Positions 53,420-64,000 of a DNA stretch of 64,000 nt are shown piece after piece. The number at the start of each line of letters is the position of its first letter. Position 1 is the stretch's first letter. The stretch spans positions 55,242,001-55,306,000 of the forward strand of contig OX597822.1 in assembly GCA_951406725.2 (NCBI GenBank). The letters are read 5' to 3'. The notes under the pieces were generated by a model, which saw only the letters and a list, made by a program, of their open reading frames with translations, did no database searches and was not told the DNA's origin. Position numbers and translations under genes: made by a program. Source of the stretch: Octopus vulgaris. Lineage: Eukaryota.

Positions 53420-56400
53420 TACTATGTAGCAGGGTGGAGTTGGTCGTTATCCAAATACTGCTATAAAGATTAGGAGAAAATGGATTCAAAACGAAGATAG
53501 AGGTGTAGTAGAATGTTATTACAGACGTGAGCATACCAAATTTCGATACCAGAAAAGAATGCATAAAATTTGGACTGAGAAAGACATGTTCCTTATCACA
53601 GAGCAAAGATTTTAAGACCGAAAAAATAAAAATGTAATTGTACAAAGGCAGTACCTATCCCGACTGGAACTGGAAAAGATCTTCATAATAGTGAAAGAGT
53701 GTGAACGTGACTGTGCTGAACACATAGAACGAAAAGCGGAACAAAAACAGGGATTAGTAGAGGGCCCAATAAATACCCACAAAAGAAACAGGCGCCCAGA
53801 TGAAGGTAAATTTTACTTTGTGGAGAGAAAGACTATTACAAAGGAAGAAAGAGGCTTACTACTACACCTGAATGAGGCACAAAATAGCGACAGAAAGAGA
53901 CTACCAGTTCTGAGAGGAATCGAAAGTGGAAAGCTATTAAAGAAGTGTAAAAGATGGACGAATTATTAACGAAAATCTACATCGAAAACATAACAGATCT
54001 AAACGACCGTATATACTGTGCAGCCTATATTATTGTGCAAACCCTAAGGATTAAAAGTTCAAGAAAAATAAAATACAAAATCTCATGATGGGAACGAAGG
54101 TTTGAGAGCCAAATTGAACTGCTTAAAACGAATAAATGCAATCATAGAAAAAAAGAGGGTGAAAGAAAGAAATAGGAACGAACTTCAAGGGAAGTACAAC
54201 ATAAGATAGAAAGGCCTGCAAGTAGTTAAAGTAGAACTAAAAGACAAAAATCAAAGCAGTGTTGGGTAAAAAAGAAACACATACTAGAAGGAAACAAACT
54301 AGTACCAGCGAAACAGACTTTTCAAGAATAACGAAAGAAAATTCTATAAACAGAACAAAGAAGAACATCGGGTAAATGATTTGCTAGATGCTGAAGTGGC
54401 AAGAAAATTCTGGACGAAAATCTGGAGCAAAGAAGACCAAGATAATATAAATGAAGACTGGTTGCAGGAATTTGAAAAAGAAACGGAAACTGGAGTAACG
54501 CAAGAAAATATAACAATTCACGGATAAGAAAATAAAAGAGATCATCCAGGAAATACCACACTGGGAAGCCCCCGGATCAGATATTGTCCAGGGTTTCTAA
54601 CTCAAAAACCTGCCAAGTATACACAACTAAATCCGATTGGTTTTTACTAACTGCATAGAAAATGGAACACCAACATGGAAGACAAAAGGAAGAACAGAGC
54701 TGATAGAACACAAAGAAATGAGAGGGGAAGTTAGCAAACCTACTACTTGTATAACGTTACTCTGGAAACTTTTATCTGGTTTCATAGACGATGAGGTATA
54801 TAATGTTCTGGAAAGAGAATCTATTACCAACAAAGCAGAAAGGATGCAGAAAGTAAACAAGGAGAACTGGTGATTTGCTATCTGCAGATAACAGAATATT
54901 AAATGAGGTACGAGTAAAGTGGAGGAATTTAGCTATTGAATGGGTAGATTACAGGAAAGCTTGCGACAATATCCCACACATCTGGCTCTTGGAGTATATG
55001 AAGACGATTGGAGTGAATAAGAAGATAAAGAACTTTTTGGAGAAAGCAATGAAAGTGTTGGAAGTATAGCTTACATGTGTAAATGAATCGCTAGGTGACG
55101 TGAAAATATGCTAAGGTACTTTGTAAGGAAACTCGCTCCCTCCGCTATCCTTCGTCATTACGCTAATCCCTCTGACAAGTATATTAAAAGAATCCAGGCC
55201 TGCCGATGAATTTACTAAAATCAAAATGAGAATAAATCACCGATTTTAAACGAATGACATTAAGATATATACAAAAGAGAGACAGGCCTGGATCCTCTGA
55301 CCGAAACAGTGAGAGTATTCAGTAAAGACATTGGAAATCAGTTAAGTGTAGATAAATGCGCAGTACTAATCATGAAGAGAAGCTGAAAGATGAAGTCATA
55401 TGGCATAAAATTACCACAAGACATCATTAGATCGCTGTGAAATAATGAAGGATACAAATACCTGCGAGTACTGCAAGACAAGTTAATGAAAAAAGAAATG
55501 AGAAAGTCATTAGAGTATTAGAATTAGGAAGGTGATAAAACAATTAAATAGAAGGAACATCATTAAAGCTATAAGTACATGAGCTATGCCCGTATTGGGG
55601 TACTCTGCTCCCTTTCTGAAATGGACAAAGTTAGAGCTGTAGAACTTGGATAGAACTAGAAAGCTGCTCACAATACATGACGCACTCCATCCTAAAAGTA
55701 ATACTGACCGATACTGTCTATCAAGATAGGGAAATGGTAGAAGATTACTAAGCGCAGAAGACACTGTTAGTACTATGATACTGGGTCTGAAAAATTATAT
55801 TGTGTAGAGTAAAGAAAGAATACTTTTGGCAGCCAAAGATATCCAACAAGTAATTGAAGCAACCGGACAATTCGAAGAGAAAAGGGAGGAAAACAATGAA
55901 CAAAAGGTTTAAAAAATGGAACATGCCCCATTCATGTAACAAAGCGAGAATGTTGGAAGATCTCTAGCTTTGGATGACGGAGGGGAACTTGACGTGAGAA
56001 ACAGAAACGCTAATTATAGCCGCTCAGGAACATGCCCTTAGAACGAATCTAATAAAGACAAAGATCGACAAAACTCAGACAACAAATGTAGAATTAGCAG
56101 GAAAAGATACGAGAGTATCAACCTCATTTTGAGTAAGTGCAGAATACTATTATCAAAGCAATAAAAGTGCAGACATGACTGTGGAGGCAAAAGAGTGCAT
56201 TAAGGTGTTGGCTGAGTGTGTGGCCTCAAAACAGCAGAAAAGTGGTATGAACATAAACCAGAGGCTGTGACAGAAAATGAGAATTACAAGATTTTGTGGG
56301 ACTTCGCCATAAAGACTGATCATACTACTGAAGCAAGAAAACCAGTTATGATTAAAGGGGATAAAATAAACCAACAACATAAGATCATAGATTTTGCAAT

Positions 56401-56725
56401 TTCCTAGGACAACATAGTAGATACCAAAGAAATGGAGGGGAAAAAACGAGAAAAATCAGGATCTAGCCAGAGAGCTGAGGAGACTGTGGAAGACCAAAGA
56501 AAAAGGTGTTCCTGTTGTAATTGGTGTACTTGGCACAACACCCAAAATGCTACAAAAAGACTGAAAGAGATTGGAATTGGAACTTGCATTGCCGACCTGA
56601 ATGAAAAAAAGTACCATTCTATATGCTGTAAGAATTCTAAGAAAGATTCTTGGGGTTTGAGGAGGTTTGTTGTCGCCAAAAATCAAGGTAAAATACCTGC
56701 TAACTAAATTAACATGCACTAGCGA
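53420..56725 (+). pseudogene. Old, near full-length R4/Dong LINE, heavily mutated
   Basis: RRKWIQNEDRGVVECYY N-terminus, WEAPGSDIVQGF, WVDYRKACDNIPH, YKYL, WYEHKPEAVTENENYKILWDF, VPVVIGVLG. Confidence 0.88.
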
Positions 56726-56797
56726 AATGATAATAATGATGATGATGATGATGATGACGACGACGACAACAGCAGCAGTAGCAGTAGCAGCAGCAGC

Positions 56798-56836
<39 letters not shown>

Positions 56837-56867
56837 AATAATAATAATAATAATAATATTAATAATG

Positions 56868-57267
56868 GTACGAACATAAACCCGAAGGCATCATCGGGTA
56901 CGAGCATAAACCCGAATGTATCATCGAAAACAATCATGCAAAGATCCTATGGGATTTTATAATTCAATGCGACCATGAAATAGAGAATAGGAAACTAGGT
57001 TAGCTTGGGAGGTTAAGCAGTGGTGGTCGATGAAAAAGGTGGTAGTAGTATACATAATTGTCGGAGCCTTGGGAACAGTGAGTAAAAATCTTGAGAAGTA
57101 CATGGAACAAATAGGGGCTACAATTAGGGTGGGGCACTTGCAGAAAACAGCACTGCTTAGGACCGCTCGAATACTCCAGATGGTACTCGAAAAATAAGGG
57201 GTGTTACCTTAATTCACTGGTAGTGAACAGCTGACACCGTAGTACATCTCCAGTGCTAGAAGCTGTG

Positions 57268-57270
<3 letters not shown>
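56868..57270 (+). mobile_element. R4/Dong 3' fragment with a 30-bp duplicated 5' junction
   Basis: WYEHKPEGII twice, KILWDF, IIVGALGTVSKNL...LQKTALLRTARIL, then (AAT)n. Confidence 0.8.
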
Positions 57271-57342
<72 letters not shown>

Positions 57343-57344
57343 CA

Positions 57345-60135
57345 AAAAAAAACAAAGAAAACAAAACCTGGGAAGAAATCAAACCTGGAGAAGTAAAATT
57401 GAAAAAGAGATTGAATTTATGAGAGGGGAAATATCAATATTAAATGAACTAATATGTGGAAATGATGTAAGATCCAGAACAGGAAGAAAGATGAAGAGAA
57501 AATTTGGATCCTCACCAAGAGAAGAACTGATATCAATAAAAGAAACGCTGAAACAAAAAGTCCAAGCAAAAGCCCAAAGAATACGAAGATTTGAGAAGAG
57601 AAACAAGTTTTACAAGCAAAATAAGCTGTTCACATCCAATGCCAAAAAATTCTACAGAGAAATAGGGAAGGAGAAAGTAACCGTTAAAGACCTCCCTCCC
57701 ATGGAAGAAGTTCAAAACTTTTGGAAAAGTATTTGGAGTGACAAGAAGGCGTACAACATAAATGCAGACTGGATTATACAAACTGAAGGATCCTACCAAA
57801 ATTTACAACAACAAGCATGGGAAGACATCACAATAGCAGACCTAAGAAAGGCACTCACGAAGGCCCATAACTGGAAATCCCCCGGTAAAGATAGGGTGCC
57901 GAATTTCTGGCTCGCATCGCTCCCATGCGCACACGGTAAGCTAGTTCATCTGCTGAATGGAATTATGAGAGACCCAAAGAAAACACCTGAATGGTTAGCA
58001 AGTGGCATTACTTACCTACTCCCAAAGAATAACGAAACCAACCTTCCAAAAAACTATCGGCCTATAACCTGTCTATCCACCACGTATAAAATCCTAACAT
58101 CTATCCTGGCGGAGAAAACATATGCATTCATGGAGAAGAACGATATTTTCCCCATTGAACAAAAAGGGTGCCGCCGAGGCTCTTACGGATGCAAAGATCA
58201 ACTGCTAATCAATCGTATGATCGTTGAGAACTGTCACAACAAGCGCAGAAATCTAATGGAGTACTTGCCTCAGAAAATATAAACCTCAACTGTGGAATTT
58301 TTCAAGATGACTCACTTTCACCTTTAATATTCTGCATAGCCCTAATACCCCTTACAAGTGAATTAAACAGAACAGGGTATGGGTATAAAATTGCCAATAA
58401 AAAAATAAGCCATCTATTTTATATGGATGACTTAAAACTTTATGGTAAAGACAATAATGAACTTGAAGGCCTATTGCGCACCGTGAAAGCATTCAGCGAT
58501 GACATCGGGATGGAGTTTGGACTTGAGAAGTGTGCCAAGGCCACTTTCCAGAAAGGGAAAGTGAAGACCACAAATTCAGTCGTGTTAGATGTTGACACAG
58601 TCATAAGAGAGCTTGAGCAAGAACAAACATACAAATATTTAGGGATAAATGGTATTCAGCATGCAAGCATGAAAGAGAAGATCAGGAAGGAATGTTATAG
58701 GAGAGTTCGTGCAGTCCTGAAATCTGAACTAAATGCACATAACAAGGTGTTAGCTATAAATTCCTTAGCAGTTCCAGTTGTTACTTATAGCTACAATGTG
58801 TTGAACTGGAATATGAGTGAAGTAAAGAATATAGATAGGAAAATACGCAAGCTGCTGAGTTGTAATAGGATGCACCACCCAAAGGCAGGCGTAGATCGCC
58901 TTTACCTTCCCAGAGCCCAAGGAGGTCGAGGCCTGATCCAATTTGAACTAGCTTACAAAACAACCACAATTGGACTGGCCAAATATCTCGAAATAACGAA
59001 TGACTAGATGCTAAAGCTCGTGGAAAATCACGAGAGACGAAAGAAGCTTCATTCTATCATAAAGGAAAGCAAAAAATTTGCTATTGATCTCGTGCAGGAT
59101 ACCCAAACTGAACAACCCGAGGGAAGTACGGCAACTATTGTTGCAAAGAAGGTGAAAATGATGGCAACGAATAAAGCGCACGAGCAATTGGCTGATAGGT
59201 GGGAGGAGAAACCTCTGCACGGCAAATATGTGACCCGCAGCAAACAAGCTGATGTTGACCAGAAGCAAACCCATCAGTGGCTACGGAGCTCAGGGCTAAA
59301 AGCAGAGAGCGAAGGTGTCATCCTGGCTGCTCAAGATCAAAGCCTATTAACCCGGAACTACCAGGCCAATGTGATGAAAAATGGAGCAGACCCAAAATGC
59401 CGATTCTGCAACGACATGATTGAAACAGTGGACCACCTAATCTCTGGATGTAAATTCTTAGCACCAGTGGAGTATAAATTAAGACATGACAGAGTTGGCC
59501 AATATCTCCACTGGCTAATAAGTCGGCATTACAATATCAAAACTGCCGACAAGTGGTATAATCACCACCCTGAGGCTGTAACTGAAGGAGAAAATGTAAC
59601 GATTCTGTGGGACTTTCCAGTACATACAGACCGAACCATCAAGGCCAATAAACCAGATATTGTTGTGAAAGACCAAAACAATAAAGTTTGCTTATTGATC
59701 GACATGAGCATCCCCTGTGATCATAATATCTCAGCGAAAGAGTTTGACAAGCTCAGAAAATATAAAGACCTACTCATTGAAATTGAGAAAATGTGGCATC
59801 TCAAGGCGGTTACAATACCAATGATCGTAGGAGCACTAGGAATGATCAAGAAGGGAACCGAAAATTATATGAGAATGATCCCTGGCTTACCATCCCTGCA
59901 AGAAGTGCAAAATATTGTCTTAACTGGTACATCACACGTATTGAGAAGAGCTATGTCGATGTGAGAACTGTTGCTGCTCATGTATTTTAATTTAACTTAA
60001 AAAAAAAAAAAAATGAACGAACTATTGAGTTTGGTTTAATGGCCTACCAATGTATACTATGAGTTTCTTTGCCCTAGGAGTCGGGAAGACACTCGGCAAG
60101 AAATGGAAGCAAATTTGAAAGAAGAGAAAAAAAAA

Positions 60136-60136
<1 letters not shown>
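57345..60136 (+). mobile_element. Second young copy of the 37-kb R4/Dong family, 5'-truncated, between (AAT)n tracts
   Basis: Near-identical to ~37931-40879; 157-bp deletion in RT (TCT microhomology) and a 9-bp deletion; same TAG at 59005-59007. Confidence 0.95.
59008..59964 (+). CDS. Open R4/Dong C-terminal ORF (CCHC + RLE), 318 aa
   Basis: CRFCNDMIETVDHLISGC, RHDRVG, KPDIVV..LLIDMSIP, KYKDL, IVGALG; the ATG directly follows the TAG. Confidence 0.85.
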   Translation: MLKLVENHERRKKLHSIIKESKKFAIDLVQDTQTEQPEGSTATIVAKKVKMMATNKAHEQLADRWEEKPLHGKYVTRSKQADVDQKQTHQWLRSSGLKAESEGVILAAQDQSLLTRNYQANVMKNGADPKCRFCNDMIETVDHLISGCKFLAPVEYKLRHDRVGQYLHWLISRHYNIKTADKWYNHHPEAVTEGENVTILWDFPVHTDRTIKANKPDIVVKDQNNKVCLLIDMSIPCDHNISAKEFDKLRKYKDLLIEIEKMWHLKAVTIPMIVGALGMIKKGTENYMRMIPGLPSLQEVQNIVLTGTSHVLRRAMSM

Positions 60137-60188
<52 letters not shown>

Positions 60189-60189
<1 letters not shown>

Positions 60190-60543
60190 TATCAATACCG
60201 GCAGATGACAACGTGTCTCTAAAAGAAATGGAGAAACTCTCAAAATACAAAGACCTGGAAATAGAGGTAACCAGAATGTGGAATCTAAAAACAGAAACAA
60301 TTCCTATCATAGGAGGTGCATTAGGCATGATAAAAAAATATTCAGACAAATACATAACAAAAACACCAGGACTTACAAACACATATAACATACAGAAAAT
60401 TGCACTACTAGGCACTGCACACATCCAGAACACTTCCATACAATAACCATCAGAGCATCACAACAAATCACAGCACATACCTAAGGCACACAGAGCTGCG
60501 CTCGGTAGTGAAGTGAAAGCACGCTATAAAAATAAAACTACTG
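60189..60543 (+). mobile_element. R4/Dong 3' fragment, same family as 18130-18480
   Basis: KYKDLEIEVTRMWNLKTETIPIIGGALG plus the shared 3' UTR, then (AAT)n. Confidence 0.9.
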
Positions 60544-60550
60544 AATAATG

Positions 60551-60611
<61 letters not shown>

Positions 60612-60612
<1 letters not shown>

Positions 60613-60824
60613 CCTTTCAACTGGAAGCACAGGGCATCAAATTTGGGGAAAGGTATTAAATCGATTACATTGACCTCAGTGTGTTACTGGTACTTATTTC
60701 ATCGACCCCGAAAAGATGAAAAGTAAGGTCGACTTCGACAGAATCTGAACGCAGAACATAGCCTCGGGTGAAATACTGCTAAGCATTTCGCCCACAGTGC
60801 TAACAATTCTGTCAGCTCGCCGCC

Positions 60825-60863
<39 letters not shown>

Positions 60864-61042
60864 GTTTCAAATTTTGCCACAAGGGCAGCCATTTTGGGGA
60901 GGAGATGTGTCGATTATATCGATCCCAGTGTGTAACTGATACTTCATTTATCGACCCCGAAAGGATAAAAGGCAAAGTCGACCTCGGCCTAATTTGAACT
61001 CAGAACGTAAGCGCGCTAACGATTCAGCGAGATCGCCGCCTT
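60612..61042 (-). mobile_element. Two SINE family B copies in (AAT)n
   Basis: Cores at ~60700 and ~60950; each ends cgccgcctt followed by AAT repeats. Confidence 0.85.
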
Positions 61043-61044
61043 CA

Positions 61045-61137
<93 letters not shown>

Positions 61138-61146
61138 TACAACAGA

Positions 61147-61371
61147 TAGGTATGATAAAAATATTCAGACAAATACATAACAAAAATACCAGGACTTACA
61201 AATATATATAACATACAGAAAATTGCACTACTGGGCACTGCACATATCCTAGCAAAACACTTTCAATACAGTAACGATAAGAGCATCACAGCAAACCACA
61301 GCACATACCCAAGACACACAGAGCTGCGCTCGGTAGTGAAGTGAAAGCATGCTATAAAAATAAAACTACTG
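61147..61371 (+). mobile_element. Shorter R4/Dong 3' fragment, same family as 60189-60543
   Basis: Near-identical sequence from taggtatgataaaaatattcagac to aaaactactg, then (AAT)n. Confidence 0.9.
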
Positions 61372-61377
61372 AATAAC

Positions 61378-61451
<74 letters not shown>

Positions 61452-61462
61452 TGATGATAATG

Positions 61463-61543
<81 letters not shown>

Positions 61544-61778
61544 TAGTAAGCACAATGACTGAAAGGTGGAGAAGGGGACAGTCGATTACAGCATCTTGGG
61601 TACTTAACTGATATTTTTTTCCGACTTCGGAGGGATGAAAGTTGACGCCAGCGGAATTTAAACTCAACGAAACGAATCAGAAAAATACTGGAAAGGATTT
61701 CTCCCAATCGCTCTTATGACTGTTCCAGTTCGTTACCTTAATAATAGTAATAGTAGTAATAACAAGAATAATAACAGT

Positions 61779-62110
61779 GAAGGCGCATGGGTAAGTGGTT
61801 AGAGCATCACAATCATGAGTTTATGAGTTCGATTCCCTGACCGGCTGTGTGTTGTATCCTTGAGCAAGACGTATTTTTGTTTATTTTTGCGTTGTTCCAG
61901 TTCTGTAGGAATGAGTTATGTCACTGGTGTCAAGATTTGTCGGCCCTTGCTTTTCCCTTAGATAGAGTCGGTGGCATGGAGAGGGGAGGCTGGTATGTAT
62001 GGGTGACTGTTGATATTCCATAAACAACTTCGCCCGAACTTGTGCCTCGGAGGGGAACCTTCTAGGTGCAATCCCACGGTCATTCATGATCGAAAGGGGT
62101 TGTACCCATT
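61779..62110 (+). mobile_element. tRNA-derived CORE-like SINE (another family)
   Basis: A-box tgggtaagtgg, B-box gagttcgattcc, ccttgagcaagac segment. Confidence 0.7.
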
Positions 62111-63371
62111 TTAATAATAACAACGATAATATGGACAGTGACGGCATCAATGATGATGATGATGATGATGATTACAACGACAGTTTTTTTTTTTTTGCCT
62201 GTGGGTATTGATCAAAGGCGAGGTTACACCGACAAGTTACAATGTGTGGGTGAGTTTAAGTTTACATAAAATCGATTGGGGAAAAAGAAAAGGAAATGAA
62301 ATAAAAAATATCTAATATGTAAATTTAAATTTCCTTACGAAACAATCTTAAAAAATCCAAAAATTAAATCGTACAACATTCAGAAAAATTGAAGTAAAAG
62401 CTTCAACTTTCCAAGAAAATGCTCCGATTATCATCAACCCATTCATAACAAAAACTGAAAAAAAATCTAGAACCGATTAAAGAGAAATTTTTGGAATTAA
62501 AGAACGACCTAACTGTATAAGTTCTCCACAACAGTTTATCATCTTTCGCAAACAATCTGCACGTCAAACAGCTATCCTGATGTCATTGACCAGATACTCA
62601 AAATTTTGCGCTTTTTTTTACCATCTATGTATTTTTGTGAAGTTAGTTTTTCCTCATTTCTCAAAGTCAGATCAAAGGTAAGCGACCGTTTGGTTTCTGA
62701 AAATGATGTATATTGTTCAGCCAATAATAAACTATATCGTAGCCACCAAATATATTTTAAAATCATTGGCAAGCATTTTAGATCAATATAAGCGTAACAT
62801 CAGTGTTTGTTAGAATGTTGGTTTTTTAAAATTTGTTTTCTGCTAGATTGCTTTTTTTAAAAAAGCTGAATTGAATTTTTCAAGTTTAGTGTTTGACTTT
62901 ATTTAATGTTTATTTGATGTTTGATTTGTTCTATTTAATTTTATTGATTTCTATGCTAAGCAGCCCATCAAAATGTTCAGCAAAGTAAAGAAACCAGCTG
63001 AGAATACCTGATATAACTCTTACGAATAAACAATACCTAAAATAAAAAAATACTCCTAAAGATTAACATAAATTAAGAAAAGCTATAATCAATAAAAATA
63101 AAACAGAAATTTGACATCATGACAGTAATATTTAGTTATATTAGGGAGTTAAACGATTTTCTATACGTTTGCATAAACACAATAAAAGAAAATGTAGGTT
63201 TAAATAAACAATGTATGGTTACAAAAGATAAAAGGCCAATGACGTAAAGAAGTCGACAGGAAAGGTACACTAATATGCAGCATAGAGACACAATGCAATG
63301 AAGGAAAATGACAGTAGATAAATCTTCCAGAAAAAAACGAAATATCTATATCATTTTTGATATAGTAAGTA

Positions 63372-63754
63372 CTAGCAGTATCGCCCGGCGTTGCTCAGGT
63401 TTGTAAGGGAAATAACTATAAAGCATTTTTAGAGAGTTATAGCCAAAAAATAGCAAAAAATGGAAAAAAATGATGGTAAATTTTTTTGAGAGTAAAAAAA
63501 GGTGGAGTTGCGTCCCCTAGACAGTTTGCGGTTTGTGTTTCTGATTCTCGACCCCATGTCGAATTTATCGATTTTTTTTCAGAACTGGGGGAACTTTTCA
63601 AAATTTTCGCTGCGTTAGTTTTGAATTATGACATTGGGCTATGTGTGTGTTAAGTTTCATCAGAATCGGTTGAAAGCCGTGGTCAGGGTGAGGGTACAAG
63701 CAAACAGACACACAGAAACACGCACAGACAAACTGCCGTTTATATAGAGAGAGA
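63372..63754 (-). mobile_element. Non-autonomous Helitron
   Basis: Minus strand starts A|TC and ends CTAG|T (canonical AT target), with an imperfect GC-rich subterminal hairpin cccggcgttgctcagg. Confidence 0.8.
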
Positions 63755-64000
63755 TTATATGAACAATGAACAAACACAACTCCAAACACTTATTTTTAAT
63801 ACGGAAACATATCTATAGTACATAATTGGTTTAAGGGATATAATATTAGGGGAAAGTGGCTCTCTCCAAAATACGCAATAGGAAACAAACCCCCAAAACG
63901 TCTATAGAACAATATGCGGTAATAATATTGAAGCAGATAAGATACCCAATAAAGAACGATTTAAAGTATTTTGACAACGCACTTTTTGATCTAACTACAC

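Noticed and set aside
57345-60136. Segmental duplication or assembly duplicate of the 37-41 kb LINE
   Set aside because: Similarity stops at the element boundaries, flanks differ and each copy has private indels, which favours separate insertions; gene conversion is not excluded

Overview
AT-rich, microsatellite-dense animal genomic DNA with no recognisable complete host gene. The repeat landscape looks like a coleoid cephalopod such as Octopus; this is inference, not verified. Most predicted ORFs are microsatellite artefacts. The window is dominated by a cluster of R4/Dong-clade non-LTR retrotransposons (RT + CCHC + restriction-like endonuclease) at 17-62 kb, all on the + strand and mostly bounded by (AAT)n. 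It includes two young, near-identical copies (ORF from 37025; 57.3-60.1 kb) that share one in-frame TAG-ATG junction. Also present: several tRNA-derived SINE families, three mariner remnants, Tc2/pogo-, hAT- and piggyBac-type MITEs, non-autonomous Helitrons, an internally deleted Gypsy LTR element, a Tx1/L1 LINE, and Penelope and RTE fragments. Most notable: (i) a 334-bp-period tandem/inverted element at 12.65-13.93 kb whose three copies reconstruct a complete type I hammerhead ribozyme and carry hammerhead-like relics on both strands (retrozyme-like); (ii) the shared amber codon splitting the young R4/Dong ORF; (iii) a polarised SINE/LINE/microsatellite nesting zone; (iv) a SINE variant whose tail resembles the local Tx1 3' end and which forms self-nested arrays.
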